Shown: positions 18,758 through 31,711 of the stretch, piece after piece | Layout of the letters: each line of letters starts with the position of its first letter | Position numbering within the stretch: position 1 is the stretch's first letter | The notes under the pieces: generated by a model | What the model saw: the letters and a program-made list of their open reading frames with translations, nothing else | What the model was told of the DNA's origin: nothing | The model's database searches: none | Made by a program: the position numbers and the translations under genes | Source of the DNA: an uncultured Alphaproteobacteria bacterium | GTDB taxonomy: Bacteria > Pseudomonadota > Alphaproteobacteria > Rs-D84 | Direction: 5' to 3' | Length of the DNA: 64,000 nucleotides | Assembly: GCA_944389465.1 (NCBI GenBank) | Contig: CALXML010000006.1 | Coordinates: 13 to 64,012, forward strand

Positions 18758-19726
18758 ATGCAAAAAAAGCGGGAATTAATAGTAAAAAAAGACATGGATG
18801 TGAAAAGACTGTTTTTGTTTGCCGCATATGACAAACAGGGTATCATAGATAATACCTTGCTGCACTATTTGCGCGCATTGTCGGGGTTGGGCGATATCGT
18901 GTTTGTTATGGACAGTGATGTGGCTGAAGCAGAATTTGCAAAATTAAAGCAAATTCCGAATATTTTACATGCTGTGGCCACGCGTCATGGTGAATATGAT
19001 TTTGGTTCTTATAAACGCGCATATCAATGGGCCGACAGCAGGGGATTACTGCAATCATATGATTGGATTTATTTGGTCAATGACAGTGTATATGGGCCTT
19101 TGTTTGATATTTCCAGAATTTTGGCGGATTTGGAATCGCGTGGCGTTGATTTGACCGGTATGATTGATTTCCAAAACAAGCAAACCCCAGTTCAGGTTCA
19201 GTCTTGGTTCGTGGGATTAAGCAGCGATTTGGCAAACCAGAAATTCATACGCAAATTTATGGATGGTGTTCGTACACAGGAAAACAAACAACTGATTGTG
19301 TTAAAATACGAAGTTGGCCTGTCAACCATTGCGTTACAGCACGGATATAAAATGTCCACCTTAATAAGTGGCGAGGTTGGCGATGACAAGCATCGCATAT
19401 ACGATTGCCCGTTAACAATGTTAAAATGTGGTTTGCCGTTTTTGAAAAAGAATGCGGTGGCAAATTTACCGGGGCTGCAGTATTTGTATCCATATACGAC
19501 GGTAAGTTTTGTTGATGACATATATCATAATTTGATGCGTTCCGGATTGACAATTGCGGTTACGGAATCAGAACGCCCCAAATATCAAAAAAGTTACAGA
19601 TTGACATGCCTGTCAATTCCATTGGTAACCATTTATCGCCAGCGGCATGCTTCGTCTGCATTAACGTGTTACAAGGTGGTTTTATTTGATTTCATCCCAG
19701 TGTTCAAGATTTTAATACATAAATAG
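18758..19726 (+). CDS. polysaccharide biosynthesis protein, rhamnan-synthesis-F (RgpF)-like
   Basis: N-terminal LFLFAAYDKQGIIDNTLLHYLRAL..DIVFVMDSD pattern recalled from RgpF-like LPS proteins. Family assignment is from memory only. Confidence 0.5.
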   Translation: MQKKRELIVKKDMDVKRLFLFAAYDKQGIIDNTLLHYLRALSGLGDIVFVMDSDVAEAEFAKLKQIPNILHAVATRHGEYDFGSYKRAYQWADSRGLLQSYDWIYLVNDSVYGPLFDISRILADLESRGVDLTGMIDFQNKQTPVQVQSWFVGLSSDLANQKFIRKFMDGVRTQENKQLIVLKYEVGLSTIALQHGYKMSTLISGEVGDDKHRIYDCPLTMLKCGLPFLKKNAVANLPGLQYLYPYTTVSFVDDIYHNLMRSGLTIAVTESERPKYQKSYRLTCLSIPLVTIYRQRHASSALTCYKVVLFDFIPVFKILIHK

Positions 19727-19732
19727 TCATAA

Positions 19733-20410
19733 ATGAAAAAAATGACCAAAATTTTAATTGCGATTATATCAATTGCCATTTTATGTTTGGCGGGATGGTA
19801 TATGTATAATCGTGAATATCAAAAAATCTTGCTGGCGGATATTGCGGGGACTGCGATTGATAAATCAGTGTACAAACCATATATTTTGGGCACAACAATA
19901 TCCTTTGCACGTGGCGGCAACAGTGCAGAATATATAAATATATCTGATGGCTGGGGCGGGCAAGAGGATTTACACAGATGTGCCGTTGGAAAAACGTCCG
20001 TTATTCGTCTGTATATTCCCGATGGCGCACACAGAAATTTGCGTTTAACGGTTAATGGGTTTGGTGTATGGAATCAAAAATTATCCGATGCCCAGCAAAT
20101 AACAGTTTATGCCAATGACACGCAATTGGCCATATGGCAGGTTGGCGGTGTTGCCCCGTATTCAGTTATTATACCTGATTATATAATGGCTGATAACACG
20201 CTGGTTTTGCGGTTTGTCGCCGCCCAGCCACATTCCCCACCCCCAGATAAAAGAAAATTAAGTATGGCGGTTTACAATATCGTCATAGATAAAGTTTACG
20301 GCGCAACCGTTAAACGCCAGATAGGTATTTGGATAAAAGATAATTTGATGGATGGCGGCGTACCACAAACATTTGATACAGATGTGGTCGCTGATGAAGA
20401 TTGGTCATAG
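19733..20410 (+). CDS. hypothetical membrane-anchored protein
   Basis: 225 aa with a single N-terminal TM helix; sits in the polysaccharide operon. Confidence 0.5.
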   Translation: MKKMTKILIAIISIAILCLAGWYMYNREYQKILLADIAGTAIDKSVYKPYILGTTISFARGGNSAEYINISDGWGGQEDLHRCAVGKTSVIRLYIPDGAHRNLRLTVNGFGVWNQKLSDAQQITVYANDTQLAIWQVGGVAPYSVIIPDYIMADNTLVLRFVAAQPHSPPPDKRKLSMAVYNIVIDKVYGATVKRQIGIWIKDNLMDGGVPQTFDTDVVADEDWS

Positions 20411-20429
20411 TTGTACAAAGGGTTTGGTT

Positions 20430-22217
20430 ATGGGAACGGACAAGAAAAAAAGTGCCAGTGCATTGGCCCGCAACGCATTTGTAAAAAATTATCGGCGTAT
20501 GTGGCCGTATGTAAAACCATATTGGGTCCAAGCATTACTGTCTGTATTATTGGCAATGCCCATTGGCGCACTAGAGGGCGTAATCGCCATGTCATTAAAA
20601 CCATATATGGATTTGGTAATGATTGACAAATCATTACAGGCGGCGTGGTACATTCCTTTTGTAATTGTTTTGTTTACTTCATTACAGGGCGCACTGACAT
20701 ACGCGGCAAATTATTTAAACACGTGGGTTGGCGCAAAAATTACAAATTTATTAAAACTGGATTTGTATAAAAAGATGCTGTCTTTTGATACAAATTTCTT
20801 TAACCGCAAAAATTCCGGCGATGTGTTAATTATGTTTAATAACAATGCTGATATGGCGTGCGCTGGATTACTGACGAATTTAAAGAATTTTGTGCAAAAG
20901 ATTTTTACCGCTATATCATTGATATTTGTGCTGTTTTATAATTCGTGGCAATTGGCATTGGTGTGCGTAACCATCCTGTTTGTGGCCTTTTTACCAATGA
21001 CTACACTGAAAAAGAAACTGCAGTCTGTGTTTAATAATACATTGGTTGCAGATTCCACAATGATGACCGCATATAACGAAACATACGCCGGTAATAAAAC
21101 CATTACGTCATATAATTTGGCGGATTTTCAACAGAAAAAGTTTAAAAACATTTTGGACGGTGTGTTTAACCTGCAAATAAAAATGGTTCAAAAAACGCGT
21201 TGGTTAACGCCGGTTATGCATATTATTTTGTCTGTTGGTATTGGTGCGGCCATATGGTTTGGTTCTTATTTGGTATTAAACGATTATATTACCAGTGGTG
21301 GTTTTGTATCGTTTTTAACTGCATTAATAATGTTGTATAACCCGATGAAAAGTTTGGGTTCTAATTATAATGCAGTATTAATGTCGTTTATGGCAATTGA
21401 ACGTGTGTTTAACATATTGGATACAACACCCGCCATATCAGACCGACCAAACGCCCGCGAAATGCCGGCAACGCATCACACAATTGAATTTAAAGATGTG
21501 TCATTTGAATATAATCGTGGCGTTCCAATCTTGAAAAACATAAATTTAACCGTGCAACAGGGCCAGATTATTGCATTGGTTGGTAATTCTGGGGGCGGCA
21601 AAACAACATTGGTCAGTTTATTGCCACGCTTTTATGACCCGACCGGTGGTGCAATATTGATTGATGGCACAGATATTCGCGATTTCACATTAAAATCATT
21701 ACGCGAAAACATAGGTGTCGTATTCCAAGATAACTTTTTATTCGCGGGTTCAATCCGTGAAAACATTATGTTGGGCAATGAAAACGCCACGGACGCACAG
21801 TTGCAAAATGCGATAAAAATGGCGTGTCTGGATGACTTTATCGCCAGTTTGCAAAACGGATTGGATACCCAGATTGGTGAACGTGGAATATTGCTGTCCG
21901 GCGGTCAAAAACAGCGTGTGGCAATCGCGCGCGCATTTTTGAAAAATGCCCCCATATTGATTCTGGACGAGGCCACATCCGCACTGGATAATAAATCCGA
22001 GGCCGTCGTCCAACGTGCCATAGAAAACCTGATGCAGGATAAAACGGTGTTTGTAATTGCGCACCGCCTGTCCACGATACGTAACGCATCCAAGATAGTT
22101 GTTGTAAATCAGGGTCAGGTTGTTGAATCTGGCACTCACGAAGAATTAATGCAAAACGAATGTGGCGCATACAGAACGCTGTATGATATGCAATTTAAAT
22201 GTCGTACAGAAAAATAA
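20430..22217 (+). CDS. ABC transporter permease/ATPase fusion (MsbA-like exporter)
   Basis: Six-TM domain followed by Walker A GNSGGGKTT, signature LSGGQKQR and Walker B ILILDEATSALD. ATG at 20430 chosen over the upstream extension. Confidence 0.85.
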   Translation: MGTDKKKSASALARNAFVKNYRRMWPYVKPYWVQALLSVLLAMPIGALEGVIAMSLKPYMDLVMIDKSLQAAWYIPFVIVLFTSLQGALTYAANYLNTWVGAKITNLLKLDLYKKMLSFDTNFFNRKNSGDVLIMFNNNADMACAGLLTNLKNFVQKIFTAISLIFVLFYNSWQLALVCVTILFVAFLPMTTLKKKLQSVFNNTLVADSTMMTAYNETYAGNKTITSYNLADFQQKKFKNILDGVFNLQIKMVQKTRWLTPVMHIILSVGIGAAIWFGSYLVLNDYITSGGFVSFLTALIMLYNPMKSLGSNYNAVLMSFMAIERVFNILDTTPAISDRPNAREMPATHHTIEFKDVSFEYNRGVPILKNINLTVQQGQIIALVGNSGGGKTTLVSLLPRFYDPTGGAILIDGTDIRDFTLKSLRENIGVVFQDNFLFAGSIRENIMLGNENATDAQLQNAIKMACLDDFIASLQNGLDTQIGERGILLSGGQKQRVAIARAFLKNAPILILDEATSALDNKSEAVVQRAIENLMQDKTVFVIAHRLSTIRNASKIVVVNQGQVVESGTHEELMQNECGAYRTLYDMQFKCRTEK

Positions 22218-22239
22218 ACTTTGAACAGGGATACAAATT

Positions 22240-25200
22240 ATGAAAAAATCAGAAGAACAGCGTAATGAAATGCATGAATATCGTTTAATTGCAAAATCTG
22301 CGTTATTCAACAAAAAATGGTATTTACAGGCATATCCAGATGTTCGTGATGCCGGATTTGACCCTGTGCGTCATTATTTGCAGTACGGTTGGCGCGAAGG
22401 CCGCAACCCCAGCAGCAAATTTGACACGGCGTCATATTTAAACGCAAATCCAGACGTTAAACAGGCTGGAATTTGTCCATTGGTCCACTATTTACAGTAT
22501 GGTGTGCATGAAAACCGCACAATGAACGCCACGCATCATAATTTGTATATTGATTTAAAACAAATAATGCGACACATAGAATCCCAGATATCAGATGCGC
22601 GCATCCAATACGTCAGTTTTGATATTTTTGATACCCTGTTGGTGCGGCCCGCCATTGACCCACGGGATATATTTTACCTGATTGCGAAACGTGTTGACCA
22701 CTTGTATAAAGTTGATTTTATGGCCATGCGTTATAATGCTGAAAAAGAAATGAATAATAAATACGCGTCTATTTACGATATTTATGATTTCATTCAACAG
22801 CGGTATAAATTAAAGAAAAACGTGGCGCGTGCCATAATGAATTGTGAAATAGAATGCGAAACACAATTATTGTTCCCGCGCCCAGATGGTAAAAAATTAT
22901 ACGATTTGGCGGTAAAAAATAACAAGCATATTATCGCCGTATCTGATATGTATTTACCATCAGATGTGTTAAGAAAAATTTTGGATAAAAATGGATATGA
23001 TAAAATAGAAAAAATATTCGTATCCAATGAATTTCGTGGTCGTAAATCTGACACCAGATTATTCCGCGCTGTCACAGGAAATTTAAAAACATCCCCCAAA
23101 AACATTTTGCATATTGGTGATAATTATCAATCTGATTATGCAATACCACGGTCACTGGATTTTAACGCGTGTCAATTGCCATCTGTATTGGATGTTGCAC
23201 TTTCACATTCTGCATATGCGTCTGTATTTGGTAAAAATGTGTTCAGCCACGATTTTGGCACACGTATATTAATGGGATTTGCATTTAATTTTGCCTTTGG
23301 CGATTCAGACGAAAATAACATTGATAATTTCAGAAAATTTCCGAATTTATCAGTATTAACCAATTTGTATATTGCACCGGTATTGTTTTATATTGGTTCA
23401 CATATTTTAACTGACAAAGATATTCAGAAAAAATACAAACGTGTTTTATTTGCGTCGCGTGATGGTTGGTTGCCCAGTTGTGCATATGAATCTTTGCGTT
23501 CTGTGTTTGGTGGTGTGCCATCTGAATACATATATACCGGACGTCGTGCATACTATGTGGCGCGTATCAAAAATTTCTGGGATTTTTTGCAGTCTTTGAC
23601 CTTTTCAGCCAAGGGCATATATACATTACAAAATGTCATAGATTGCTATATTTTGGATAAAAAATTACACGACAAAATAATTGCCGGTATATCCAGCGAT
23701 ATATTGAATTTGGATTTTGACCAGAACAAGCGCAAATGTATTGCCGAATTGCGCCGCTTTGATACTGAAATTTCCAAACACATTACACAATTAAAAAATA
23801 ACGCCATAAAATATTATAAATCGCACACAACCAAGGGCAGAAATATAATATTTGATTGTGGATATGGTGGTTCTGTGTCTGATGCGCTGACCCAAATTAC
23901 CAAACAGCCATTTGATAAAATTTACCTGTGGCAAAATGCAGACAATATTAAAATGGATAAAAAGAATAAAACAAAAACATTTGTTTTGTTCGGTGAACAA
24001 TTTGCCTATCCACAGGAACACATCATTCTGGAAGAGTTATTTTCACCATTATCCGGAACGTGTGTTGGGTTTGATAAATCCGGTGCACCAATTTTGGAAC
24101 AATTGAATTTTTCTGATGCGATGCAACAGGATGTTTTGCAAATTTCTGATTCCTGTACCGCATTTTTTGACGCGATAAAGAATTTATTTGGTGATTGGTT
24201 GCCATTGCTGGACGTATCAGATGGTGACGCATTACGCAAAATTCCAACCGCTGCGTTCAAGGCAATGGATTCGGTGGACAAATCGTTATTTCATAACATT
24301 GTGTTCCCAGACAATATGTTTTATGCCAATGCATTGTCATTGGAACAAAAATTAATGCCGTATGTAATAAATAATAATGCCACCGATGCCAGACCCAGAA
24401 TTTTATTGGTGTCACACGAAATGACTTATTCCGGCGCACCGCATTCATTATTGCGTATATGCAGGGTATTAAGGGGGACGTATAATTTAACCGTTTGGAC
24501 GTTAAAGGCGGGCCCATTTGAAAGGGAATTTAAGAATCTGGGCATAGATGTAAAATCCATATCAGTTGCTGATTTGTCAAACCCAGAAATTATCAAGGAA
24601 ATAAAAACATTTGATTTGGCGATATGTAATACAATTGCCACGGATACCATATGTGCAGAACTGGAAAAATATGTGCGCTGTATTTGGTATATTCGTGAAG
24701 CGCACAATATCCCCAAATGGTTAAATAATAATAACCAGCGTTTCTTTGAAAATCATAAAAATACAGATATTTATTGCGTCAGTGAATATGCCAAACAATT
24801 CATAGATAAAACATTTAACACAAACGTTGGCGTTTGCCATAATTGTGTAGAGGATTATAACGACGGATATAAAAAGAAATTTTACAAAAACGGACAGTTA
24901 AATGTTTTGGTTATGGGGAACTTTGAACCCAGAAAGAATTTTGGCATTGTCATAGAGGCCATAGAAAAATTACCAGAAAAATATAAACAAAAAATTCATT
25001 TAAATATTGTTGGGCGTTCTTTTAACGGACCGTGCAGCACCAGCATATTATCTGCGGTTAACAGAAATGCCAATATATCGTATTTGGGTGAAATCAGCGA
25101 CATAAATGACAAAATAAATTTGTACAAGGAAACAGATATTGTCATTGTTCCGTCCACGGACGAAAGTTGCTCTTTGGTTGCACTAGAGGGCATAATGATG

Positions 25201-27309
25201 GGCTGTCCGATTATTGTCAGCAAAAATGTTGGTGCACAATATGTTGTTGATGATAATGTTGGTTGGATATTTGATACAAACAGTTCAGATGAATTATGTA
25301 ATATATTCCAAGATGTTCTGGCCGGCCATGCAAATTTACCAAAAATGGGAATTGCGGCACGTAAAAAGTATATGGAAACATCCAATATGGACATATACCA
25401 ACAGAATATTTTGAACATCGTTCAAAAATCTATATCGGCGTCTGTGACCCCAAAAGTGTTGGTGCATTTACATTTGTATTATGATGACCAATTGGATTAT
25501 ATGTTATCTAAATTGTCCAATATTTCGGGGTGTGATTGGGATTTATTCGTCACAATGCCCGATACAAATAATCATAATGTTATATCAAAAATAAAGCACC
25601 TGAAACCAGATGCGAAAATCATAACAGTTGATAATATCGGATATGATGTTTGGCCATTTATTCAGGTTTTACAATCGGTTGATTTGGATGAATATGATTA
25701 TGTCTTGAAAATCCATACCAAGGCGTTCCAACAACAACCAAACGCCTTGGGCAAGACTGGATTTTGGTGGCGTGATGAATTGATTGACGTATTGTTGGGC
25801 AATCCTGACCAGTTTATCAGAAATGTGAACTTGTTCAAATTACATGATAATATTGGAATGATTGGCAGTAAACTGATGTCACGTGTCGCATCACGCAACA
25901 TCCCCGAAGAAACAACTTTGTTTAACAAAGAATTTCGTCGGATAAAATTTAACACATCCAACAGACAATATATCGCCGGCACTATGTTTATGGCCCGCGC
26001 ATCTGTGTTTAAATTTGTTCAAAATGCGGGATTGACGGCTGATATGTTTGCGGGGAAATCTGAAACACATGGTTCTGGAACGCTGGCACATGTATATGAA
26101 CGTATATTCGGTGTTGCCACCGCACAGGCGGGATATGAAATATATCCACAAATCCAGCACAGGGAAAACCAAATAATACCGGTGGTGTATGCGACGGATA
26201 ATTCATATATGCCGTGCACGATTGTTTCAATACGGTCACTGTTTGCAAATAAATTGCCAGATACCAAATATGATGTAATCGTACTGTATGCATCTGATAT
26301 CAGCAAAAAATATTTGCGCAAAATATCAAAAATGGCCAAACGAAATAATTCAATGGCACATTTCTATAATATGCGCGATTATTTCAAAAATGCTAAATCT
26401 TCAATTGCGCATATTTCCGTGGTTACGTATTACAGGTTGATGTTGCCCAGTTTATTGCCACAATATGACAAATTAATATGGCTGGATGGCGATACGATTG
26501 TATGCCGCGATTTATCTGGATTTTTCAATACAGATATGGGTGACAATTATATTGCTGGCGTTATCGCCCCAATGGCCAAGGATACAGATTACGCCAAAAT
26601 TTTAAATATACCAAATATGAATACGTATATAAATGCGGGCGTATTATTGTGGAATTTGGATGCAATGCGTAAAAATAACTTGGAACAGCAATTTATGTCA
26701 TTGGTACCCATAAATTATTTATTGGCAGACCAAGATATTTTAAACACCGCCTGTTTTGGCCGTATTATGCTGTTGCCATTGCGGTTTAATATGATGAATA
26801 AATTGGTTAAACCGGTAAATAAAACAGACGCATTAAATGCGAAACTGTATTCATTACAGGAATTTGATAATGCTGTATCTGCACCGGTTATAATACATTA
26901 TTGCGACGCGCAAAAACCGTGGAATACCCCAAACAGTCCAATGTTTGATAAATGGGAAAAATATTCCGACAAAAAACCACGTCACCATTCCCGCACAACC
27001 CCGCGTTCGCGACGGAATTGGCGTCATTGGTTATTTGATGTTAAACATGATAATGGCGAAAAAACATATACGATATTGGGCGTGCGCTTTGTGACCAGAA
27101 ATCAGTACACAATTATAAAGAATATGATTTATGGTCATGAAAAAACGTTTATATCAAAATATATGGATTTGGTTAATCGTATAAATAATATGAATGCAGA
27201 ATTAAATAATATAAAAAAAGAAACTGCATCACAAACCACGCAAATAATAACGGGGATAAATTCAATTAACCAACCAAAAACACAAACAACAAAACGCCGT
27301 AAAAAATAG
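22240..27309 (+). CDS. 1689-aa multi-domain polysaccharide biosynthesis enzyme (HAD-like + GT4 + RgpF-like + GT8)
   Basis: Two N-terminal YLxxNPDV..HYLQYG repeats, HAD-like VSFDIFDTLLVRP, GT4-like region (EGIMMGCPIIVSKNVGA), RgpF-like VLVHLHLYYDDQLDYM, GT8 (IPVVYATDNSY, WLDGDTIVCRD DxD), C-terminal coiled coil and basic tail. Confidence 0.8.
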   Translation: MKKSEEQRNEMHEYRLIAKSALFNKKWYLQAYPDVRDAGFDPVRHYLQYGWREGRNPSSKFDTASYLNANPDVKQAGICPLVHYLQYGVHENRTMNATHHNLYIDLKQIMRHIESQISDARIQYVSFDIFDTLLVRPAIDPRDIFYLIAKRVDHLYKVDFMAMRYNAEKEMNNKYASIYDIYDFIQQRYKLKKNVARAIMNCEIECETQLLFPRPDGKKLYDLAVKNNKHIIAVSDMYLPSDVLRKILDKNGYDKIEKIFVSNEFRGRKSDTRLFRAVTGNLKTSPKNILHIGDNYQSDYAIPRSLDFNACQLPSVLDVALSHSAYASVFGKNVFSHDFGTRILMGFAFNFAFGDSDENNIDNFRKFPNLSVLTNLYIAPVLFYIGSHILTDKDIQKKYKRVLFASRDGWLPSCAYESLRSVFGGVPSEYIYTGRRAYYVARIKNFWDFLQSLTFSAKGIYTLQNVIDCYILDKKLHDKIIAGISSDILNLDFDQNKRKCIAELRRFDTEISKHITQLKNNAIKYYKSHTTKGRNIIFDCGYGGSVSDALTQITKQPFDKIYLWQNADNIKMDKKNKTKTFVLFGEQFAYPQEHIILEELFSPLSGTCVGFDKSGAPILEQLNFSDAMQQDVLQISDSCTAFFDAIKNLFGDWLPLLDVSDGDALRKIPTAAFKAMDSVDKSLFHNIVFPDNMFYANALSLEQKLMPYVINNNATDARPRILLVSHEMTYSGAPHSLLRICRVLRGTYNLTVWTLKAGPFEREFKNLGIDVKSISVADLSNPEIIKEIKTFDLAICNTIATDTICAELEKYVRCIWYIREAHNIPKWLNNNNQRFFENHKNTDIYCVSEYAKQFIDKTFNTNVGVCHNCVEDYNDGYKKKFYKNGQLNVLVMGNFEPRKNFGIVIEAIEKLPEKYKQKIHLNIVGRSFNGPCSTSILSAVNRNANISYLGEISDINDKINLYKETDIVIVPSTDESCSLVALEGIMMGCPIIVSKNVGAQYVVDDNVGWIFDTNSSDELCNIFQDVLAGHANLPKMGIAARKKYMETSNMDIYQQNILNIVQKSISASVTPKVLVHLHLYYDDQLDYMLSKLSNISGCDWDLFVTMPDTNNHNVISKIKHLKPDAKIITVDNIGYDVWPFIQVLQSVDLDEYDYVLKIHTKAFQQQPNALGKTGFWWRDELIDVLLGNPDQFIRNVNLFKLHDNIGMIGSKLMSRVASRNIPEETTLFNKEFRRIKFNTSNRQYIAGTMFMARASVFKFVQNAGLTADMFAGKSETHGSGTLAHVYERIFGVATAQAGYEIYPQIQHRENQIIPVVYATDNSYMPCTIVSIRSLFANKLPDTKYDVIVLYASDISKKYLRKISKMAKRNNSMAHFYNMRDYFKNAKSSIAHISVVTYYRLMLPSLLPQYDKLIWLDGDTIVCRDLSGFFNTDMGDNYIAGVIAPMAKDTDYAKILNIPNMNTYINAGVLLWNLDAMRKNNLEQQFMSLVPINYLLADQDILNTACFGRIMLLPLRFNMMNKLVKPVNKTDALNAKLYSLQEFDNAVSAPVIIHYCDAQKPWNTPNSPMFDKWEKYSDKKPRHHSRTTPRSRRNWRHWLFDVKHDNGEKTYTILGVRFVTRNQYTIIKNMIYGHEKTFISKYMDLVNRINNMNAELNNIKKETASQTTQIITGINSINQPKTQTTKRRKK

Positions 27310-27310
27310 A

Positions 27311-27337
27311 ACAGGGGGGATTTTCCCCCTGTTTATT
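27311..27337. terminator. bidirectional terminator
   Basis: ACAGGGGG-GATTTT-CCCCCTGT flanked by A-run and T-run, between convergent genes. Confidence 0.75.
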
Positions 27338-28096
27338 TCAGGCGCATACAATCAACCGTTGGAAATGGATGGTTCTTAACGTTGGGACGATTAAATTTAA
27401 TGCTTGGTTTTTTGAAACGGGCATTAATACGGTTGTTTTACGGCCCTCGGTTACATCTTGGTTATATATGGTTTTGCCGTTAACGTTGTATATTTCAACA
27501 GTTCCATTCACATCAGGGGTAAACATCGCGGATAAAAATCCATTATTCGCAGGAATATATTGATGTGCCCCTGCGGTCTTTTCCAGAAAATCCAGTTCTG
27601 TGATATCGCCAGACGGAAATCCCCATGATGCTATTTTGTTTTTGCCATTTGTTGTAAAATTATTTGCGTTTTTCAATGCGCTGATATCATTTTGCACCTG
27701 TTCCAGATTGGGCAGTGACGCAATTGAATCATAATTTTCTGTCAATATGTCAATTTGTTCGTGGACATCTTTTAATAATTCTATTATAAAAGAAAAATCT
27801 TGGTTTAATGCCACCGTGTCAATTGGTACGGTTGGTTGGTAATCTGTGATACGCGATAAATTCAAACTGCGATAAATGGTAATTGTGTCGGTGCTGGCCG
27901 GCGCAGAATCAAATATAACCGTTCCACCAGAAAAAGGAATGTCTGCATTTGCACCCTGACTGACCGTGGTAATTTCGTATCCTGTGTTTATTATTTCGTT
28001 GTTTTTTTTGACTTTTATATCAGACTTTAAAAAAAATGGAAAAGTAAATGAAAAATTTGTGGTTTCACCGTTGCCAGTATATGTGATTTTATTCAT
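27338..28096 (-). CDS. phage tail-fibre N-terminal-domain-like protein (orphan)
   Basis: MNKITYTGNGETTNFSFTFPFFLKSDIKVKKNN..ITIYRSLNLSRITDY..LNQDF matches the pattern I recall for phage tail-fibre N-termini. ATG at 28096 follows AAAGGA. Confidence 0.45.
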   Translation of the reverse strand: MNKITYTGNGETTNFSFTFPFFLKSDIKVKKNNEIINTGYEITTVSQGANADIPFSGGTVIFDSAPASTDTITIYRSLNLSRITDYQPTVPIDTVALNQDFSFIIELLKDVHEQIDILTENYDSIASLPNLEQVQNDISALKNANNFTTNGKNKIASWGFPSGDITELDFLEKTAGAHQYIPANNGFLSAMFTPDVNGTVEIYNVNGKTIYNQDVTEGRKTTVLMPVSKNQALNLIVPTLRTIHFQRLIVCA

Positions 28097-28250
28097 ATTA
28101 ATCCTTTTGGTAAAAATAAAAACAGCAGGCAAAACCTGCTGTTAATGTTTACATATTATATCATAAATTGACCACAAAAGCAATATGTTTAGATATTGCC
28201 ACAAATACAAATCCCCCCGCGCGTAAAAAAACAATGGGGCAGGGCGCGGA

Positions 28251-30287
<2,037 letters not shown>

Positions 30288-30311
30288 CTAATACAATATG
30301 AAATATATACT

Positions 30312-30563
30312 TTATTGCCGCCCATTATCACGTGGGAAATAGTCCGCAAAATCGCGCCAACTGGTATTGGTCGCATTCATTATTTTTACTAAACTGCCAA
30401 CAGACATCCAATGTGGTTTTCCATCATTACCGATACGTTTACTTTTGTTTAATGCAGTTAAATCTAAACCACTTATTTGTGCCAATCTGGAACAAGAAAT
30501 ATTGTGTGCTTCTGCTAAATTATCTATTGCTCTCCAAAACATATAATTGGTCAGTTTTTTCAT
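30312..30563 (-). CDS. small helix-turn-helix DNA-binding protein
   Basis: 83 aa from ATG 30563 (RBS AAGGGGGA). The segment NISCSRLAQISGLDLTALNKSKR is HTH-like. Confidence 0.5.
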   Translation of the reverse strand: MKKLTNYMFWRAIDNLAEAHNISCSRLAQISGLDLTALNKSKRIGNDGKPHWMSVGSLVKIMNATNTSWRDFADYFPRDNGRQ

Positions 30564-30664
30564 CGTATCCCCCTTACCGGCCTTTGTATGTACGAACATA
30601 TTCTAATTATGATTGTATTCTGGTATAAAATCAATTGCTTTTTGTAGGAAAACATTCGTAATAA

Positions 30665-30727
30665 ATTTGTACAAAACACGTACAAAAAACTGCATAAAAA
30701 AGCATACAAAAAGTGCACAAAAAAATC
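30665..30727. repeat. five phased A-tracts (GTACAAAA / GCATAAAAA, about 11 bp period)
   Basis: Motif starts at about 30668, 30679, 30690, 30702 and 30713. Same motif style as 14317-14390. Confidence 0.6.
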
Positions 30728-30749
30728 CCGCCAGTATACATGGCGGGAT
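30718..30749 (-). terminator. terminator downstream of fabI
   Basis: ATCCCGCC-N9-GGCGGGAT with a T-run on the minus strand. Confidence 0.65.
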
Positions 30750-30768
30750 GATTTTTTATACGGTTAAA

Positions 30769-31590
30769 TTATTGCTTGTTTTGTTCATCCAAACCCTTTA
30801 ACAGAACTTCTTTCAAATCGTTTGGAATCATACCAGTTGTTGAATAACCGCAATCTACGTGATGGATTTCACCGGTTACTGCGCTGGACAGATTGCTGAA
30901 CAAATAAATGGCCGCGCCAGAAACGTCATCTAATGTCATATTGCGACGCAGCGGTGTTTGTTCCGCATTTAAACGCAACATAGATTTCATACCGCCAACA
31001 CCGGACGATGCCAATGTCATAATAGGACCCGCGCTGATTGCGTTAATACGAATGTTATCGCGTCCCAAATCAGATGCCAAATAGCGTACACTGCTGTCCA
31101 ATGCTGATTTTGCAACACCCATTACATTGTAATTTGGAACAGATTTTTCACCACCGTAATAGGTCAGGGTAACAATACTGCCGCCGTCTGTCATTAATTT
31201 AGATGCGCGACGTGTCAAATCAACCAATGAATACACAGATACGTCCATGGTGTTTTTAAAATTGGCACGCGTTGTATCGGCATAGCGACCCTGTAATTCG
31301 TTTTTATCAGAAAACGCAATCGCGTGTAACATACCGTCTAATTTGCCCCATTCACGTTCAATATTTTCAAACAAAGAATCCAACTGTTCATCGTTTTGAA
31401 CATTGCATTCCTGAACGAACTTTGCCCCAATGGATTCAGCCAATGGGCGTACACGTTTTTCCAAATTAGGCATTGCATAAGGCATTGCGATTTCAGCACC
31501 TTCTTCGTGTGCACGGCGTGCAATAGCCCAAGCCATAGACCAATCATTTGCCACGCCAGTAATTAAAATCTTTTTTCCTTTTAATAACAT
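30769..31590 (-). CDS. fabI: enoyl-ACP reductase (NADH)
   Basis: 273 aa, SDR fold, GVANDWSMAW N-terminus, YNVMGVAKSAL catalytic Tyr/Lys segment. Confidence 0.9.
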   Translation of the reverse strand: MLLKGKKILITGVANDWSMAWAIARRAHEEGAEIAMPYAMPNLEKRVRPLAESIGAKFVQECNVQNDEQLDSLFENIEREWGKLDGMLHAIAFSDKNELQGRYADTTRANFKNTMDVSVYSLVDLTRRASKLMTDGGSIVTLTYYGGEKSVPNYNVMGVAKSALDSSVRYLASDLGRDNIRINAISAGPIMTLASSGVGGMKSMLRLNAEQTPLRRNMTLDDVSGAAIYLFSNLSSAVTGEIHHVDCGYSTTGMIPNDLKEVLLKGLDEQNKQ

Positions 31591-31711
31591 TTTTTAATCC
31601 TCTATTTAAATCCTATTGGACGGGGAAAATATATCACTAAAAAAGCAAAATCGCAATAAATAAAAAAACACTTGAAAAGTGATAAAAAGTGTTATATTAT
31701 ATGCGGGCTGT

